In this document: positions 63,610 to 64,000 of the stretch, piece by piece
How positions within the stretch are numbered: the first letter of the stretch is position 1
Layout: each line of letters opens with the position of its first letter
From: Lama guanicoe
Taxonomy: Eukaryota
Assembly (NCBI GenBank): GCA_013239625.1
Contig: MU053881.1
Location: 4,485,957 to 4,549,956, forward strand
Direction of reading: 5' to 3'
DNA: 64,000 bases
Notes under the pieces: model-generated
What the model was told of the DNA's origin: nothing
Databases searched by the model: none
The model's input: only the letters and a program-made list of their open reading frames with translations
Made by a program: the position numbers and the translations under genes

Positions 63610-63880
63610 TTCTGGAATACATAAGAGGTAGCTGGAGCTCCGGCAGCCTTTGCTGGGCCATGAGGCAAACTAGAGGATGAAAGCAAAGGCTAAAAATGGT
63701 GAAGCAGTAATGTGAAGGAACCTGGTACCCCTGTGACCATGGAACTACCCTACCAGCCCTGGACTAACTCCTTGTAGGACTATTTTAAATGAGAGAGAAA
63801 TCAGCGTGATGATGTGTAAACTGCTGCTCTTCTAGGCACAGTGCTTTCACAGCAATTGCTATGAACTTCATCTTAACCAA
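63610..63880 (+). mobile_element. MLT1J/LTR16-like LTR fragment
   Basis: GCTGGAGCTCCGGCAGCC, GAAGGAACCTGG, CCAGCCCTGGACT and GAGAGAGAAAT. Confidence 0.55.
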
Positions 63881-64000
63881 GGGACCGTCTCTCCCTGGGC
63901 TGACTTCCAGCTGAGATACCTCTTCCCCTCTCTCTCCATGTACAGTCAACACCCAGTGAACTGCCTCAACCCACTTTGTAGGCCAGGATGTTCTGTTTCT

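Overview
Mammalian genomic DNA, most likely camelid (camel or alpaca). This is inferred from a Vic-1-type tRNA-derived SINE and the absence of recognisable Alu, Bov-A/B, PRE-1 or Can-SINE elements. The window holds one protein-coding gene, BOD1, on the + strand. It has a CpG-island promoter at about 27.9-28.7 kb and three coding exons (28382-28618, 32121-32245, 36208-36403; 558 nt = 185 aa + stop). A non-coding fourth exon starts at 37367, with AATAAA at 38121. The rest is intergenic or intronic and rich in repeats: 5'-truncated L1s (several with readable target-site duplications, TSDs), ERV1 solo LTRs (MER34-like, MER41-like), MaLR/ERVL LTRs, hAT fossils (Charlie1, MER53, MER5), MIR/L2, microsatellites and one 270-N gap. 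The most notable observation is a stop-free poly-proline frame directly upstream of and in frame with the BOD1 ATG, resembling the Pro-rich N-terminus of the paralogue BOD1L1. Other leads are weak exon-3 splice sites with an alternative exon-4 C-terminus, CTCF-like motifs flanking the gene, a MER41-like LTR with altered STAT sites and a very young L1. I see no clear novel multi-gene system. Repeat family names are from recognition, not from a database search.
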